A stretch of DNA of 64,000 nucleotides from Myxococcales bacterium (lineage in GTDB: Bacteria > Myxococcota_A > Polyangia > Polyangiales > DASUME01), in contig JASGJH010000001.1 of NCBI GenBank assembly GCA_047601445.1, forward strand, positions 3,904,001 to 3,968,000, read 5' to 3'. The notes below the pieces were generated by a model. That model was not told where the DNA came from. It saw nothing but the letters and a program-made list of their open reading frames with translations, and searched no databases. Both the position numbers and the translations under genes were made by a program. The stretch's first letter is position 1; each line of letters begins with the position of its first letter. Below, one piece after another: positions 47,946-61,428 of the stretch.

Positions 47946-48740
47946 ATGTGCAGGCAGTCCAATGAGGATCCTCTCCCGGCCTATCGAGACGACGCGTTCA
48001 TGGACGGCGATGCCGGGCGACCGCTGCGGATCTTGGCGGAGTACCTGGAGCCACTCGAACGCTTCAAGCGCCTCGAGATCACCGACACCGTGGTGTTCTT
48101 CGGCTCGGCACGCATTCGCGAAGGCGGGCCGCTGGAACGCTACTATCGCGACGCGCGCGAGCTCGCGCGCTTGCTCACCGTGTGGTCGAACGTCTTGCCT
48201 GACAAGGGCCGCTTCGTGGTCTGCTCGGGAGGCGGTGGCGGCATCATGGAGGCCGCCAATCGCGGCGCGTCGGACGCTGGCGGCCGCAGTATCGGCTTGA
48301 ATATTGGGTTGCCCCACGAGCAGCGGCCCAACCCGTTCATCACCCAGGATCTGTGCCTCGAGTTCCACTACTTCTTCATGCGCAAGCTCTGGTTCTCGCA
48401 CCTCGCCAGGGCGCTGGTGGTGTTCCCAGGCGGCTTCGGCACGCTGGACGAGCTGCTCGAAGTGCTCACGTTGAGCCAGACCCAAAAGCTCGCGCGTCGC
48501 ATCCCGATCTTGCTGTACGGCAGCGAGTTCTGGCGCCGCATCCTCGACTTCGAGGCGCTCGTGGAGCACGGCCTGATCGACCGCGAAGACCTGAGCCTCT
48601 TCGCAACGGTGGACGACCCCATGCAGGCCTTCAGCCTGTTGCGAGAGCACCTTCCGCAGCGGAGCGAGGGTCAACCGGCCTTCGCCAGCTCCAACACGAG
48701 CGCGAGCTGCATCGGCTCGCTCAAGTCGAGCGCGCGATGA
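47946..48740 (+). CDS. LOG family (TIGR00730-type) nucleotide-binding protein
   Basis: FFGSAR, GGGGGIMEAANRGA, YFFMRK, PGGFGTLDE. Confidence 0.92.
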   Translation: MCRQSNEDPLPAYRDDAFMDGDAGRPLRILAEYLEPLERFKRLEITDTVVFFGSARIREGGPLERYYRDARELARLLTVWSNVLPDKGRFVVCSGGGGGIMEAANRGASDAGGRSIGLNIGLPHEQRPNPFITQDLCLEFHYFFMRKLWFSHLARALVVFPGGFGTLDELLEVLTLSQTQKLARRIPILLYGSEFWRRILDFEALVEHGLIDREDLSLFATVDDPMQAFSLLREHLPQRSEGQPAFASSNTSASCIGSLKSSAR

Positions 48741-49444
48741 GTCAGGCCATCTTCGCTCCCGTGCTCACGGGCGTGGGTCTCGCCGTGGCGCTGGGCCTGC
48801 ATTGCACCTTGATGTGCGGTCCCATCGCGGCCTCCACGCGCGCGCTCGGTGGACCGAGCGCCGGTGCTCGCTATGTGGCCGGACGCTTCGTGAGCTACAC
48901 GCTGCTGGGCTCACTGGCTGGCAGCGTGGGTCGCGCCTTGGTGGCCTCGCCCTGGGCCAACGCGGCTCAGCTCGTTGCCTCGGCCCTGTTTGCGGCGCTG
49001 CTCCTCAAAGCCGTGCTGACGCAGTTTGGACGAGCTCCGGCACGGCGACTCATCCCCCTGCGCACGGCGCCGCGCAAGAACTACCTGGGCTCTCTGTTGG
49101 CTCGCGTCGCACAGCAGCCATTGCTGCTCGGTTTGGCGACTGCCTTGATTCCGTGCGGCGCGTTGCTCATGGCCGTGACCGCAGCCGCCACGCTCGGGGA
49201 TCCCGTGTCGGGAGCCCTCGCGATGGCGACGTTTGCCGGGCTCTCGAGTCTGAATCTCTGGCTCGCGGCCCGCTTTCTGGGGCCCCGCAGCGAAGTGCGC
49301 TGGCAGCGCTGGCTCGCCACCTCCGCATTGCTGGCGGGCCTGCTCATCGCCTTGTGGCGTCCCTACACCCTGCTGACGGCCACGCAGCCGAGCTGCCATG
49401 CGCATCACTCCAGCCCGTGGCCCGGCTTCTTTGGAGCACACTGA
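48737..49444 (+). CDS. DsbD_2/TauE-like cbb3 biogenesis membrane protein
   Basis: HCTLMCGP, GRFVSY, LIPCG motifs; ATGA coupling. Confidence 0.85.
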   Translation: MSQAIFAPVLTGVGLAVALGLHCTLMCGPIAASTRALGGPSAGARYVAGRFVSYTLLGSLAGSVGRALVASPWANAAQLVASALFAALLLKAVLTQFGRAPARRLIPLRTAPRKNYLGSLLARVAQQPLLLGLATALIPCGALLMAVTAAATLGDPVSGALAMATFAGLSSLNLWLAARFLGPRSEVRWQRWLATSALLAGLLIALWRPYTLLTATQPSCHAHHSSPWPGFFGAH

Positions 49445-49446
49445 GC

Positions 49447-51843
49447 ATGTCCATCGACGTGACCTACCCTTCGATCGCGGCCTCCACCCCCCAGCCGCGG
49501 GCCGCGCGAGCCTGCGTCCACTGTGGCAGTCCACTGGCCACGGCCGAGTGCGAGGACTTCTGCTGCGGTGGCTGTCGCCACGTGCACGAGCTGCTCTCGC
49601 AATCGGGCCTCGAGCGCTACTACGTGCTGCGCGGCGACCAGGTGCTGGCGCCGGTCGGCGAGATGAGTGGGTCGGTGCCCGATGCATGGCTCGACGCCGA
49701 GCGCGCCCGGCTCCTGGAGCAAGCGCCCGTGGCTCGCTTCACACTCGACGTCCAGGGGCTGCAATGCGGCGCCTGTGTGTGGCTCATCGAAGCCGTCTTT
49801 CGGCGCCAGCTTGGGGCCCTGCAGATCAACGTCAATCCGGCGCTCGGCGTGCTGCAGGCCGCGGTCGCGACGAACTTCGACCTGGCCGCCTTCGTGCGCG
49901 AGGTGCAGAGCTTTGGCTACCGACTCGGCCCAGCACGCAAGGGCGCCTCGAGCACCAACGGAGGATTGCGGCTGCGCGCGGGCATCTGTCTGGCTCTGGC
50001 CGCCAACACGGGCTTTCTGAGCGCCACCGCCTACTTCGGCCTGAGCAGCGGCCCCCTCTATGACCTGATTCGAAACGCCAGCTTCAGCATGGCGACGCTG
50101 AGCGTGCTGGTGGGTGGTAGCTACTTCGCCGAGCGCGCCTGGCACGGGATCAAGCGCGGCGTGCTGCACCTCGACTTTCCCATCGCGCTCGGCATGGGGC
50201 TCGCTTACATGGGCTCGGTGTGGTCGCTCTACTTCGGGGGCGCCGCCGGCAACTACCTCGACACGGTGAGCGTGTTCATCGCGCTGATGCTGGTGGGCCG
50301 GATGCTCCAGGAGAGGCTCGTCGAGCGCAATCGCCGGCAGCTGCTGGAGAGCGACGGTGCGAGTGGCCTGCTCGCGCGCCGGGTGCGCGGCGGACAGGTC
50401 GAGCTCGTGCCGTGCACGGCGCTCCATGCGGGCGACCAGGTGCTGGTGTGTCCGGGCGAGGTCGTTCCAACTACGGCCCGCCTCGAGCAAACCCGAGCCA
50501 TCTTCTCGCTCGCGTGGATCAACGGCGAGAGCGAACCGAAGGCCTTCGAGCCCGGTGAGCTGGTCGTTGCAGGCGCCGTCAACGCCGGTTCGAGCCCGCT
50601 GCGCGCCACTCTGACCACTGGCTTCGAGCGCTCCGATCTGGACGTCTTGTTGAAGGACGACCCGACCCGTACGGCGCGCGCGAGCGGCGACTTCTGGGAT
50701 CGGCTGGCCCGTCTATACGGGGCACTGGTGCTGGTGACCGCAGGCCTCGGCCTCTTGGTGTCGAGGCTATCCGGCGGATCTTGGCCCGAGGCGCTGGACG
50801 TCTGCACGGCGGTGCTGGTGGTGACCTGTCCCTGCGCTTTCGGCCTGGCCACGCCGCTGGCCTACGAGCTGGGCGTGGCCGGACTGCGGCGAGCTGGCCT
50901 CTTCGTGCGCGACGCCACCTACTTCGATCGCGCGGCAGCGGTGCGTCGCATCGTGTTCGACAAGACCGGCACCTTGACCACCGGGATGCTCGAGCTGGAG
51001 CAACAAGAACCCCTCGCAAATCTTTCGCGAGCGCAACGCGGAGTCCTCTACACCCTGGCAGCTCAGAGCAATCATCCGAAGAGCACTGCCATCTCGCGCG
51101 CGCTGCTCGCACTCGATCCCAGCCTTCGCTTGAGCGAGGTGCAGGTGCACGAAGAGCCTGGGCGCGGCATCGAATGCCGCATTCAAGGGGCCCTGTTTCG
51201 CTTGGGTGCCCGCGATTGGGCCTGTCCTGGCGCCGCGAGTGGAAAGCATCCGAGCTTCAGCCGAGACGGCATCGCTCTTGCAGAACTCCCCACCGTGGAA
51301 GTGATGCGACGCGATGCTCAGCAAGAAGCGGTCGCGCTGAGTCGCGCTGGCTACGAGCTGTGGATCGCCAGCGGCGACAGCGAAGCCAGCGTGTGGCGCT
51401 CGGCGGATACGCTCGGCATCCCGCGCGAGCACGCGCGAGGCAATCTCTCGCCCACGCAGAAGCGTGACCTCGTCGAAAAGGTCGGGAGCGCGCACACGCT
51501 GATGCTCGGCGACGGCATCAACGACGGCCTGGCGTTCTCGGCCGCGCGCTGCTCGGGAACGCCCGCCGTGGATCGTCCCTTCATCCCCGCGCGCAGCGAC
51601 TTCTACTTCCTCAACGCCGGGCTCGGAACGGTGCGCCTCTCGCTGCGCGTAGCCCGTGCGGTCCGGCGCGTGGTCGTCGGCGCCCTCACCTTCGCCACGC
51701 TCTACAACGTGGCGGCTGTGGGCATTGCCTACGCGGGCTGGATGCGCCCGTGGCTGGCCGCCGTGCTCATGCCCACGAGCTCCATCTGCGTGCTCGCCTA
51801 CACGTCACTCGCCTTGTCGAGGAGGTCCCTGTGGAAGTCGTAG
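49447..51843 (+). CDS. ccoI: CcoI/FixI copper P1B-type ATPase
   Basis: CVHCG..FCCGGC, CGACVWLIE, CPC, DKTGT, HP, GDGIND. Confidence 0.92.
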   Translation: MSIDVTYPSIAASTPQPRAARACVHCGSPLATAECEDFCCGGCRHVHELLSQSGLERYYVLRGDQVLAPVGEMSGSVPDAWLDAERARLLEQAPVARFTLDVQGLQCGACVWLIEAVFRRQLGALQINVNPALGVLQAAVATNFDLAAFVREVQSFGYRLGPARKGASSTNGGLRLRAGICLALAANTGFLSATAYFGLSSGPLYDLIRNASFSMATLSVLVGGSYFAERAWHGIKRGVLHLDFPIALGMGLAYMGSVWSLYFGGAAGNYLDTVSVFIALMLVGRMLQERLVERNRRQLLESDGASGLLARRVRGGQVELVPCTALHAGDQVLVCPGEVVPTTARLEQTRAIFSLAWINGESEPKAFEPGELVVAGAVNAGSSPLRATLTTGFERSDLDVLLKDDPTRTARASGDFWDRLARLYGALVLVTAGLGLLVSRLSGGSWPEALDVCTAVLVVTCPCAFGLATPLAYELGVAGLRRAGLFVRDATYFDRAAAVRRIVFDKTGTLTTGMLELEQQEPLANLSRAQRGVLYTLAAQSNHPKSTAISRALLALDPSLRLSEVQVHEEPGRGIECRIQGALFRLGARDWACPGAASGKHPSFSRDGIALAELPTVEVMRRDAQQEAVALSRAGYELWIASGDSEASVWRSADTLGIPREHARGNLSPTQKRDLVEKVGSAHTLMLGDGINDGLAFSAARCSGTPAVDRPFIPARSDFYFLNAGLGTVRLSLRVARAVRRVVVGALTFATLYNVAAVGIAYAGWMRPWLAAVLMPTSSICVLAYTSLALSRRSLWKS

Positions 51844-52021
51844 CCCTCTTGCTGTTCATCGGTGCGCTCTGGGTGTTCGCCGCCATCGCGCTGTTCGCCT
51901 GGAATCTGTTGAACGCCAACGCCGATCACGCGGACCGCCTCGCACTCCTACCCCTCGAAGACAACTGGGTCGATTCACTCGCCCCCCATGACCATTCCAG
52001 CCCAAAGCCCACGAGTAAATC

Positions 52022-52025
<4 letters not shown>
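51831..52025 (+). CDS. ccoS: cbb3 oxidase maturation protein CcoS/FixS
   Basis: GGAGG then GTG; single TM followed by FAW....D...A..PL.D; lies between ccoI and ccoN. Confidence 0.75.
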
Positions 52026-54381
<2,356 letters not shown>

Positions 54382-54385
<4 letters not shown>

Positions 54386-54579
54386 TGCTTCGGTTCATGG
54401 CGATGGAGTTCTATCGGAGCAACCCACTGCTGGGCTATGCGATCTTCGCGCTGGGCGTGTTCGTGGCCGTGTTCTTAGCCATCCTGGCGCGCACCTTCTT
54501 CAGCGACGACGAGCGCTACGCCGAACTGGCGAGCTTGCCCTTGAAGGAAGGTCACGGAAGCGAGGTGGGACGTGAGTAA
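54382..54579 (+). CDS. ccoQ: cbb3 subunit CcoQ-like small membrane protein
   Basis: One TM plus YAELASLPL; lies between ccoO and ccoP. Confidence 0.7.
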
Positions 54580-55162
54580 GTCGCGAAAGGTCGACCCGAT
54601 TCAGGGAGAGATCCTGCACGAGTACGACGGCATCGAGGAGGCCGACAATCAACTGCCGACCTGGTGGTTGTGGACGCTGTTCGCGGCCGTCGCCTTCTCC
54701 ATCGGCTACTGGTTCTACTACGAGGCCTTCAAGGCCGGACCAGGACTCGCCGAGGCGTACTATCAGGAGCGCGCACTCCAGGCGGAGAAGAACGGCAGCG
54801 ATCCCACTGACGGCGAGCTACTCGCCCAGCTCGGCACGCCCTCGTTGCGGCTGGGCCAGGGCATCTTCGAGTCCAACTGCGTGGCGTGTCACGAGGCACA
54901 GGGCCAGGGAAAGATCGGCCCCAACCTGACTGACAATGCGTGGCTCCACGGCGGAACTCCAGCGGAGATCTATCGCACCATTCGCGACGGCGTGTCGGCC
55001 AAGGGCATGCCCGCGTGGGGGCCTGCCCTCGGGCGGGCGGGGGTCATCCAAGCCACCACGTTCGTGCTCTCGTTGCGCGACAAGAATCTACCCGGCAAGG
55101 CCCCCGAGGGACAGGCGCTCGGTGCGCGCGCCGACATCGCTCCCGCGGGCGACGAGCACTGA
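54572..55162 (+). CDS. ccoP: cbb3 subunit III, monoheme form
   Basis: HEYDGIEEADNQLPTWW, one CVACH, GPNLTD..W, GMPAW. Confidence 0.93.
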   Translation: MSKSRKVDPIQGEILHEYDGIEEADNQLPTWWLWTLFAAVAFSIGYWFYYEAFKAGPGLAEAYYQERALQAEKNGSDPTDGELLAQLGTPSLRLGQGIFESNCVACHEAQGQGKIGPNLTDNAWLHGGTPAEIYRTIRDGVSAKGMPAWGPALGRAGVIQATTFVLSLRDKNLPGKAPEGQALGARADIAPAGDEH

Positions 55163-55169
55163 TCGAGTC

Positions 55170-56543
55170 ATGACACGACGTCTCCCCATCCTCGGCGAGC
55201 CCGGCTCATCCACGGCGCTCAAGCGCGACGGGAAGCGCGACTTCATCGTGCCCGCCGACGTGGCGGGCCGCTTCACGTGGCGCCGTCGGGTGGTGTTCGC
55301 GCTCTTGATCGCTGTGTACGTGGCGACCCCGTGGATCCAGCTCAACGGGCATCCCCTGGTGTTCCTCGACCTGGAGCACCGGGCCTTCTATTTGTTCGGG
55401 GGCACCTTCAATGCTCAGGACGTGTGGCTCGTCTTCTTCCTGCTGAGTGGCCTGGGCTTTCTGCTCATCCTGGCGACGGCGCTTTGGGGCCGCGTCTGGT
55501 GCGGCTACGCGTGTCCGCAAACCGTCTTCATGGAGGGCGTGTTTCGGCGCATCGAGCGCTTCGTGGAAGGGCCGCGCAACCTGCACCTGCGACGCGACGC
55601 GGGGCCGTGGTCGCTCGACCGAGTGGCACGCAAGACCCTCAAGCACGTGCTCTTTGGGCTGATGGCGGTGCTGATCGCCCACGCCTTCCTGAGCTACTTC
55701 GTGTCGTGGCCCGGGCTCCTGCGCATGGTGCGCGGCGCGCCGAGCCAGCACCCGGAGGCGTTCGCCTGGGCGTTCTGCACGAGCCTGATCCTGTATCTGA
55801 ACTTTGCGTGGTTTCGCGAGCAGCTGTGCCTCATCGTTTGCCCCTACGGACGCCTGCAGTCGGTGTTGACCGACCAGGACACGCTGGTCATCGGCTACGA
55901 CGCGCAGCGCGGCGAGCCGCGTGGCAAGGCCGCGCAGCATCCGGCGGCTTGTGTGGACTGCGGACGCTGCGTCGTCGTTTGCCCCACCGGCATCGACATC
56001 CGCAACGGACTGCAGCTCGATTGCATCGGCTGCGCTGCCTGCATCGACGCCTGCGACACCGTGATGGAGCACCTGAAGCAGCCCCGCGGCCTCATCCGCT
56101 ACGACTCCGGCAATGGGCTCGCCGGCGCGCCCAAGCGCTTCTGGCGACCGCGCCTGCACCTCTACCTGGCGCTCGGGGCCGTCGGCCTGGTGGTCGCTGC
56201 GCTCTCGGCCAGCTCACGCGAGCCCTTCGAGGCCAACTTGCTGCGGCTGCCCGGCGCGCCGTTCGTGCTCGAAGCGGACGGTCACCAGGTGCGAGACGCG
56301 CTCGAGCTCCATCTCGTGAACAAGGGGCCACAGACCGAGCGCTTCGAGGTGCGCGGCGTCGGCGATCCCGACCTGCGCTTCGTGGTCGCACAGCCGCAGC
56401 TCAGCCTGCCTTCGCTCGGCGAGCGCCGCGTACCGATCTTCGTGAGCGGCCCCAACGATCGCAAGCCGCGCCGCATCCGCCTCGAGGTGCGGGCGGGTGA
56501 CGGCGTGCGCTCCGCAGAAGCGGCCTTCCTAGCCCCACGCTAG
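55170..56543 (+). CDS. ccoG: CcoG/FixG cupric reductase-like ferredoxin membrane protein
   Basis: WCGYACPQTV, CPYGRLQ, CVDCGRCVVVCP, CIGCAACIDAC. Confidence 0.95.
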   Translation: MTRRLPILGEPGSSTALKRDGKRDFIVPADVAGRFTWRRRVVFALLIAVYVATPWIQLNGHPLVFLDLEHRAFYLFGGTFNAQDVWLVFFLLSGLGFLLILATALWGRVWCGYACPQTVFMEGVFRRIERFVEGPRNLHLRRDAGPWSLDRVARKTLKHVLFGLMAVLIAHAFLSYFVSWPGLLRMVRGAPSQHPEAFAWAFCTSLILYLNFAWFREQLCLIVCPYGRLQSVLTDQDTLVIGYDAQRGEPRGKAAQHPAACVDCGRCVVVCPTGIDIRNGLQLDCIGCAACIDACDTVMEHLKQPRGLIRYDSGNGLAGAPKRFWRPRLHLYLALGAVGLVVAALSASSREPFEANLLRLPGAPFVLEADGHQVRDALELHLVNKGPQTERFEVRGVGDPDLRFVVAQPQLSLPSLGERRVPIFVSGPNDRKPRRIRLEVRAGDGVRSAEAAFLAPR

Positions 56544-56561
56544 GTCACGGGCGCCCGTGAC
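56544..56561. terminator. Perfect 18-bp palindrome right after the ccoG stop; possible terminator or stability hairpin
   Basis: GTCACGGGCGCCCGTGAC; no U-tract. Confidence 0.4.
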
Positions 56562-56631
56562 AGGGCACGGCGAACCGACGCCAACCTGACTCAGCGGGCA
56601 CGTTTCAGCTGGATTTTTCCTCGATCTCGCC

Positions 56632-56646
56632 TGGCGCGCACCTTGC
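56632..56646 (+). promoter_or_regulatory. Putative sigma54 promoter of metY-metA-cysE
   Basis: TGGCGCG-CACC-TTGC; GAGGAG RBS downstream. Confidence 0.6.
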
Positions 56647-56650
56647 GTAG

Positions 56651-57970
<1,320 letters not shown>

Positions 57971-57987
57971 GGCGCGGTCCATTTGTC

Positions 57988-58923
57988 ATGCCCCTCGTGC
58001 TCCCTCGCAGCTATCGCTTCCTGTCCACCTTCGATCGACGCGGCATTCGCTGGGCGCCGCGTCACGCGCCACCCGCGGGGCGGCCCGTCTTGCGGGTGGG
58101 CATCGTCAACCTGATGCCGCGGGCGGAGCTCTACGAGGAGCTTTTGTTGTCGGCACTCGGTGCAGCCCTGCCCCCGACTCTGGCGCTGGAACCCGTCTGG
58201 ATTCGCCTCGACAGCCACGACTATCGCAGCAGTGATGCGGCTCACCTCGCGCGTCACTACGTGCGTGCGGAGCGAGCCGCGTCGTCTTCGCTCGACGCGC
58301 TGATGCTTACTGGAGCGCCCGTCGAGGAGCTCGCCTTCGAGGACGTGCGCTACTGGCGGGAGCTCTCGGGTCTGCTGACATGGGCGCGCCAGCGCGTGAG
58401 CTCCACGCTGGGCCTGTGTTGGGGCGCGATGGCGCTCGCCAAGCTGTTGGGGGTGGAAAAGCAGGCGCTCCCACGCAAGCTGTTCGGCATGTACTCACTC
58501 GAGCCGCTCGAAGCCGGTCGCGGCTATTTCGGCGAGAACGACACCTATTGCCCGCAGAGCCGTCACGCGGGTGTTTCGGAGCAAGAGCTGGAGCGCGCGG
58601 CGCGGGACGGTCGGGCGCGCCTGCTCGCTCGTTCGCCCGAGGCGGGCCACGCCATCTTCACGAGTGGGGATGGCCGCTTCCTCATGCACCAGGGGCACCC
58701 CGAATATCGGCCGGAACGCCTGCTCTACGAGTATCGACGCGACCGGGCGTTGGGACGTCGCGACGTCGGGGCACCACTGGGCGTGGACCTCGAACAGCCA
58801 GAGCGCAGCGTGCGTTCAAATGGCCGCTCGTTCTTCGGCGCGTGGCTTCACCAGCTCGCGACGCCCCAGGCAGAGAAGCGGGCGAGCTCCACCGAGGCCT
58901 TGCCACGGACGGGTGTCGAATGA
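57988..58923 (+). CDS. metA: Homoserine O-acyltransferase, MetA family, probably acetyl-specific
   Basis: NLMP, TGAPVE (Glu at the specificity position), catalytic CWGA, PQSR, GHPEY. Confidence 0.85.
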   Translation: MPLVLPRSYRFLSTFDRRGIRWAPRHAPPAGRPVLRVGIVNLMPRAELYEELLLSALGAALPPTLALEPVWIRLDSHDYRSSDAAHLARHYVRAERAASSSLDALMLTGAPVEELAFEDVRYWRELSGLLTWARQRVSSTLGLCWGAMALAKLLGVEKQALPRKLFGMYSLEPLEAGRGYFGENDTYCPQSRHAGVSEQELERAARDGRARLLARSPEAGHAIFTSGDGRFLMHQGHPEYRPERLLYEYRRDRALGRRDVGAPLGVDLEQPERSVRSNGRSFFGAWLHQLATPQAEKRASSTEALPRTGVE

Positions 58924-59849
58924 GTAGCGAGCCTGGCTGGGATCTCGAGGCACTGGTCGCCCAACTGCGCATCGCACGGCGCAGCCAGTCCGACTGGAGG
59001 CGCGAGGAGGCCGAGCGTCCCCAGCGGCCCTCCCGCGAGTCCTTGATCACCATCGTCAAACAGCTGCGCGCCGTCCTCTTTCCATCGCACTTCGGCATCT
59101 CCGACTTCTCCGACGCGAGCATCGACTTCTTCGTGGGCAGCACGCTGGACGCAGCTTTGCGCGCGCTGGAGGAGCAGGTCTCGAGAGGCCTCAGCTACAC
59201 CGAGGAGCACCGCCACAGCGAGCGTGACGTGCGCTTGTCCCAGGCCAAGCGAATCGTGACCGAGTTCGCGCGGAGCTTACCGGACATCCGCTCCGTGCTC
59301 GAGCTGGACATCCGCGCGGCCTACGAGAGTGACCCCGCTGCCCAGAGTCGCTCCGAAGTGTTGTTCTGTTACCCTGGGGTGGCCGCGATCATTCACCATC
59401 GCATCGCTCACGAGCTCCACCGGCTCGGGCTCGTACTCCTGGCGCGCGTCGTCTCCGAGATCGCGCACTCGACGACGGGCATCGACATCCATCCGGGCGC
59501 CACGATCGGTCGACGCTTCTTCATCGATCACGGTACGGGTGTAGTGGTGGGCGAGACCACCGTGATTGGGGACGGCGTCCGCTTGTACCAGGGTGTGACG
59601 CTCGGGGCGCGTAGTGTTCCGACCGACGCGGAGGGCAAGGCCATCAAGGGCGCTCCGCGGCACCCGGTGATCGAAGACGACGTGGTGATCTACGCGGGCG
59701 CCACCATCCTCGGCCGGGTCACCATCGGCAAAGGCTCGATCGTGGGAGGCAACGTATGGCTTACCCGAAGCTTGCCTCCGAACAGCCACGTCACGCAGGC
59801 CCAGACGGCCCCCAAAGCGTCGGTCGCGATTCCGGAATCCGAGCGGTAA
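58920..59849 (+). CDS. cysE: Serine O-acetyltransferase (long EpsC/SrpH type)
   Basis: DPAA, YPG, TGIDIHPGA, FFIDHGTGVV.GET, RHP, hexapeptide repeats. Confidence 0.93.
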   Translation: MSSEPGWDLEALVAQLRIARRSQSDWRREEAERPQRPSRESLITIVKQLRAVLFPSHFGISDFSDASIDFFVGSTLDAALRALEEQVSRGLSYTEEHRHSERDVRLSQAKRIVTEFARSLPDIRSVLELDIRAAYESDPAAQSRSEVLFCYPGVAAIIHHRIAHELHRLGLVLLARVVSEIAHSTTGIDIHPGATIGRRFFIDHGTGVVVGETTVIGDGVRLYQGVTLGARSVPTDAEGKAIKGAPRHPVIEDDVVIYAGATILGRVTIGKGSIVGGNVWLTRSLPPNSHVTQAQTAPKASVAIPESER

Positions 59850-60019
59850 GCATTGCAAATCCATGAAGTGTCCTGGGCAGGACGCCGTCGTCTGCCCGTG
59901 AAAAGTGCTGGATCCAGCGCGGGTCACGGGCTGGAAATCTGCCCTCGCGCGCCGGTCGTCACACCTAAGTTACCGATTTGCAATGCCTTGCAGACGTGTG
60001 TGACCGCCCAACTCGGGCT

Positions 60020-60035
60020 TGGCACTGACGATGCA
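60020..60035 (+). promoter_or_regulatory. Putative sigma54 promoter
   Basis: TGGCACT-GACG-ATGCA, 66 nt before the small Cys-rich gene. Confidence 0.55.
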
Positions 60036-60099
60036 TCGCAAGGGGGTCGAGCCAGCAACGCACCTTCGGTGTGCGGCGCTGCCCGGGAGGCGAAGAGCG

Positions 60100-60297
60100 A
60101 TGTGCAGACGAGTTCAGTGCGAGGCCTGCCACAAGCCAACCTACGTCGGCTGCGGCCGTCACGTCGAGCAGGTGCTCGGCAGCGTTGCCGATGGCGAACG
60201 CTGTCACTGCCGTGATCTCGGCAGTGCGATCGCCAACAACAGCGCGAGCTCGAGCCAACCCCGGATTTCCGCACCCTTGATGGGCGCCTGTCCCTGA
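60100..60297 (+). CDS. Small Cys-rich protein (65 aa)
   Basis: GGAGG RBS; MCRRVQCEACHKPTYVGCGRHVEQVL...ERCHC. Confidence 0.75.
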   Translation: MCRRVQCEACHKPTYVGCGRHVEQVLGSVADGERCHCRDLGSAIANNSASSSQPRISAPLMGACP

Positions 60298-60522
60298 ACG
60301 ACGAAAGGCCATTCGAAGGACACCAAGACATCCAGGCTCAACACGAGCGACATATTCAAGCGGCTCCTTGCAGACCGCTTTGGCAGCGCGAGTCCGTTCG
60401 TCCAAGATAGCGGAGGATTCGTCGTGTCTGGATGGCTTCGTCCTGTGTTCCGCGCTTGGAGCGCGCTAGTTAGCGACTAGCGACAGATCGCTCGGCAAGG
60501 GCGAGTGCAGCGAGGAACTTCG

Positions 60523-61428
60523 ATGGCAGATCAATATGCGTTGCGCGAGCCACAAGCTCGCAAACTAGCGAACACAACCAAGACTCAGGTCCAGCTTCCT
60601 GAGATAACCCCACGCTGGCTCACGCTGCTGCTGCAGTGGAAGCCCCTGGAGTCGGGCACCCTGCGCGTGAACCGTGCAAATCCGGCCAAGCCCGTGGAGG
60701 TCATCTGCAGCGTGCCCGGCGAAGATCCCCTGCCCGCCACGTTCGCGGACTATGCCGATGCTCCGCGCGAATACACCTTGAGCTCCATCTCCACGGTGTT
60801 GAACGTCAACACGCGCATCTCGGACCTCTTCAGCAGCCCGTTCGATCAGGCTCGCGAGCAGCTCCGACTCACCATCGAGAGCATCAAGGAGCGCCAGGAA
60901 GACCAGCTCATCAATAACGCCGAGTACGGCCTCCTGAACAACGTCGCGCCCAGCATGCGCGTGCAGCCTCGCAAGGGCATGCCCACGCCGGACGACCTGG
61001 ACGAGTTGATCGCCAAGGTGTGGAAGGAGCCCGCGTACTTCGTGGCTCATCCGCGCGCCATTGCGGCCTTTGCCCGCGAGTGCACGCGTCGCGGCGTTCC
61101 ACCGCCCACCGTGAGTATGTTCGGTTCGCAGTTCCTTACCTGGCGCGGCCTGCCGCTCGTGCCCAGCGACAAGCTGCCCATCGAGAACAACAAGAGCAGC
61201 ATCTTGCTCATGCGTGTCGGCGAGAAGAAGCAGGGGGTCATCGGACTCTTTCAGGCTGGCCTGCCAGGGGAGCAATCACCGGGACTTTCCGTCCGCTATA
61301 TGGGCATTAACCAGAGCGCAGTCGCGTCCTACTTGGTGTCCCTGTATTGCTCCGCCGCCGTGCTGACACCCGATGCCCTGGGTGTGCTCGAGAACGCAGA
61401 CCTGGGCTATTACCATGACTACAAGTGA
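60523..61428 (+). CDS. Family 2A encapsulin shell protein (SrpI / major membrane protein I-like)
   Basis: ARKLANTTKT..ITPRWL, GTLRVN, EQLRLTIE.IKERQE, PTPDDLDEL, WRGLPLVPSDK; 301 aa with no cNMP-binding insertion. Confidence 0.93.
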   Translation: MADQYALREPQARKLANTTKTQVQLPEITPRWLTLLLQWKPLESGTLRVNRANPAKPVEVICSVPGEDPLPATFADYADAPREYTLSSISTVLNVNTRISDLFSSPFDQAREQLRLTIESIKERQEDQLINNAEYGLLNNVAPSMRVQPRKGMPTPDDLDELIAKVWKEPAYFVAHPRAIAAFARECTRRGVPPPTVSMFGSQFLTWRGLPLVPSDKLPIENNKSSILLMRVGEKKQGVIGLFQAGLPGEQSPGLSVRYMGINQSAVASYLVSLYCSAAVLTPDALGVLENADLGYYHDYK

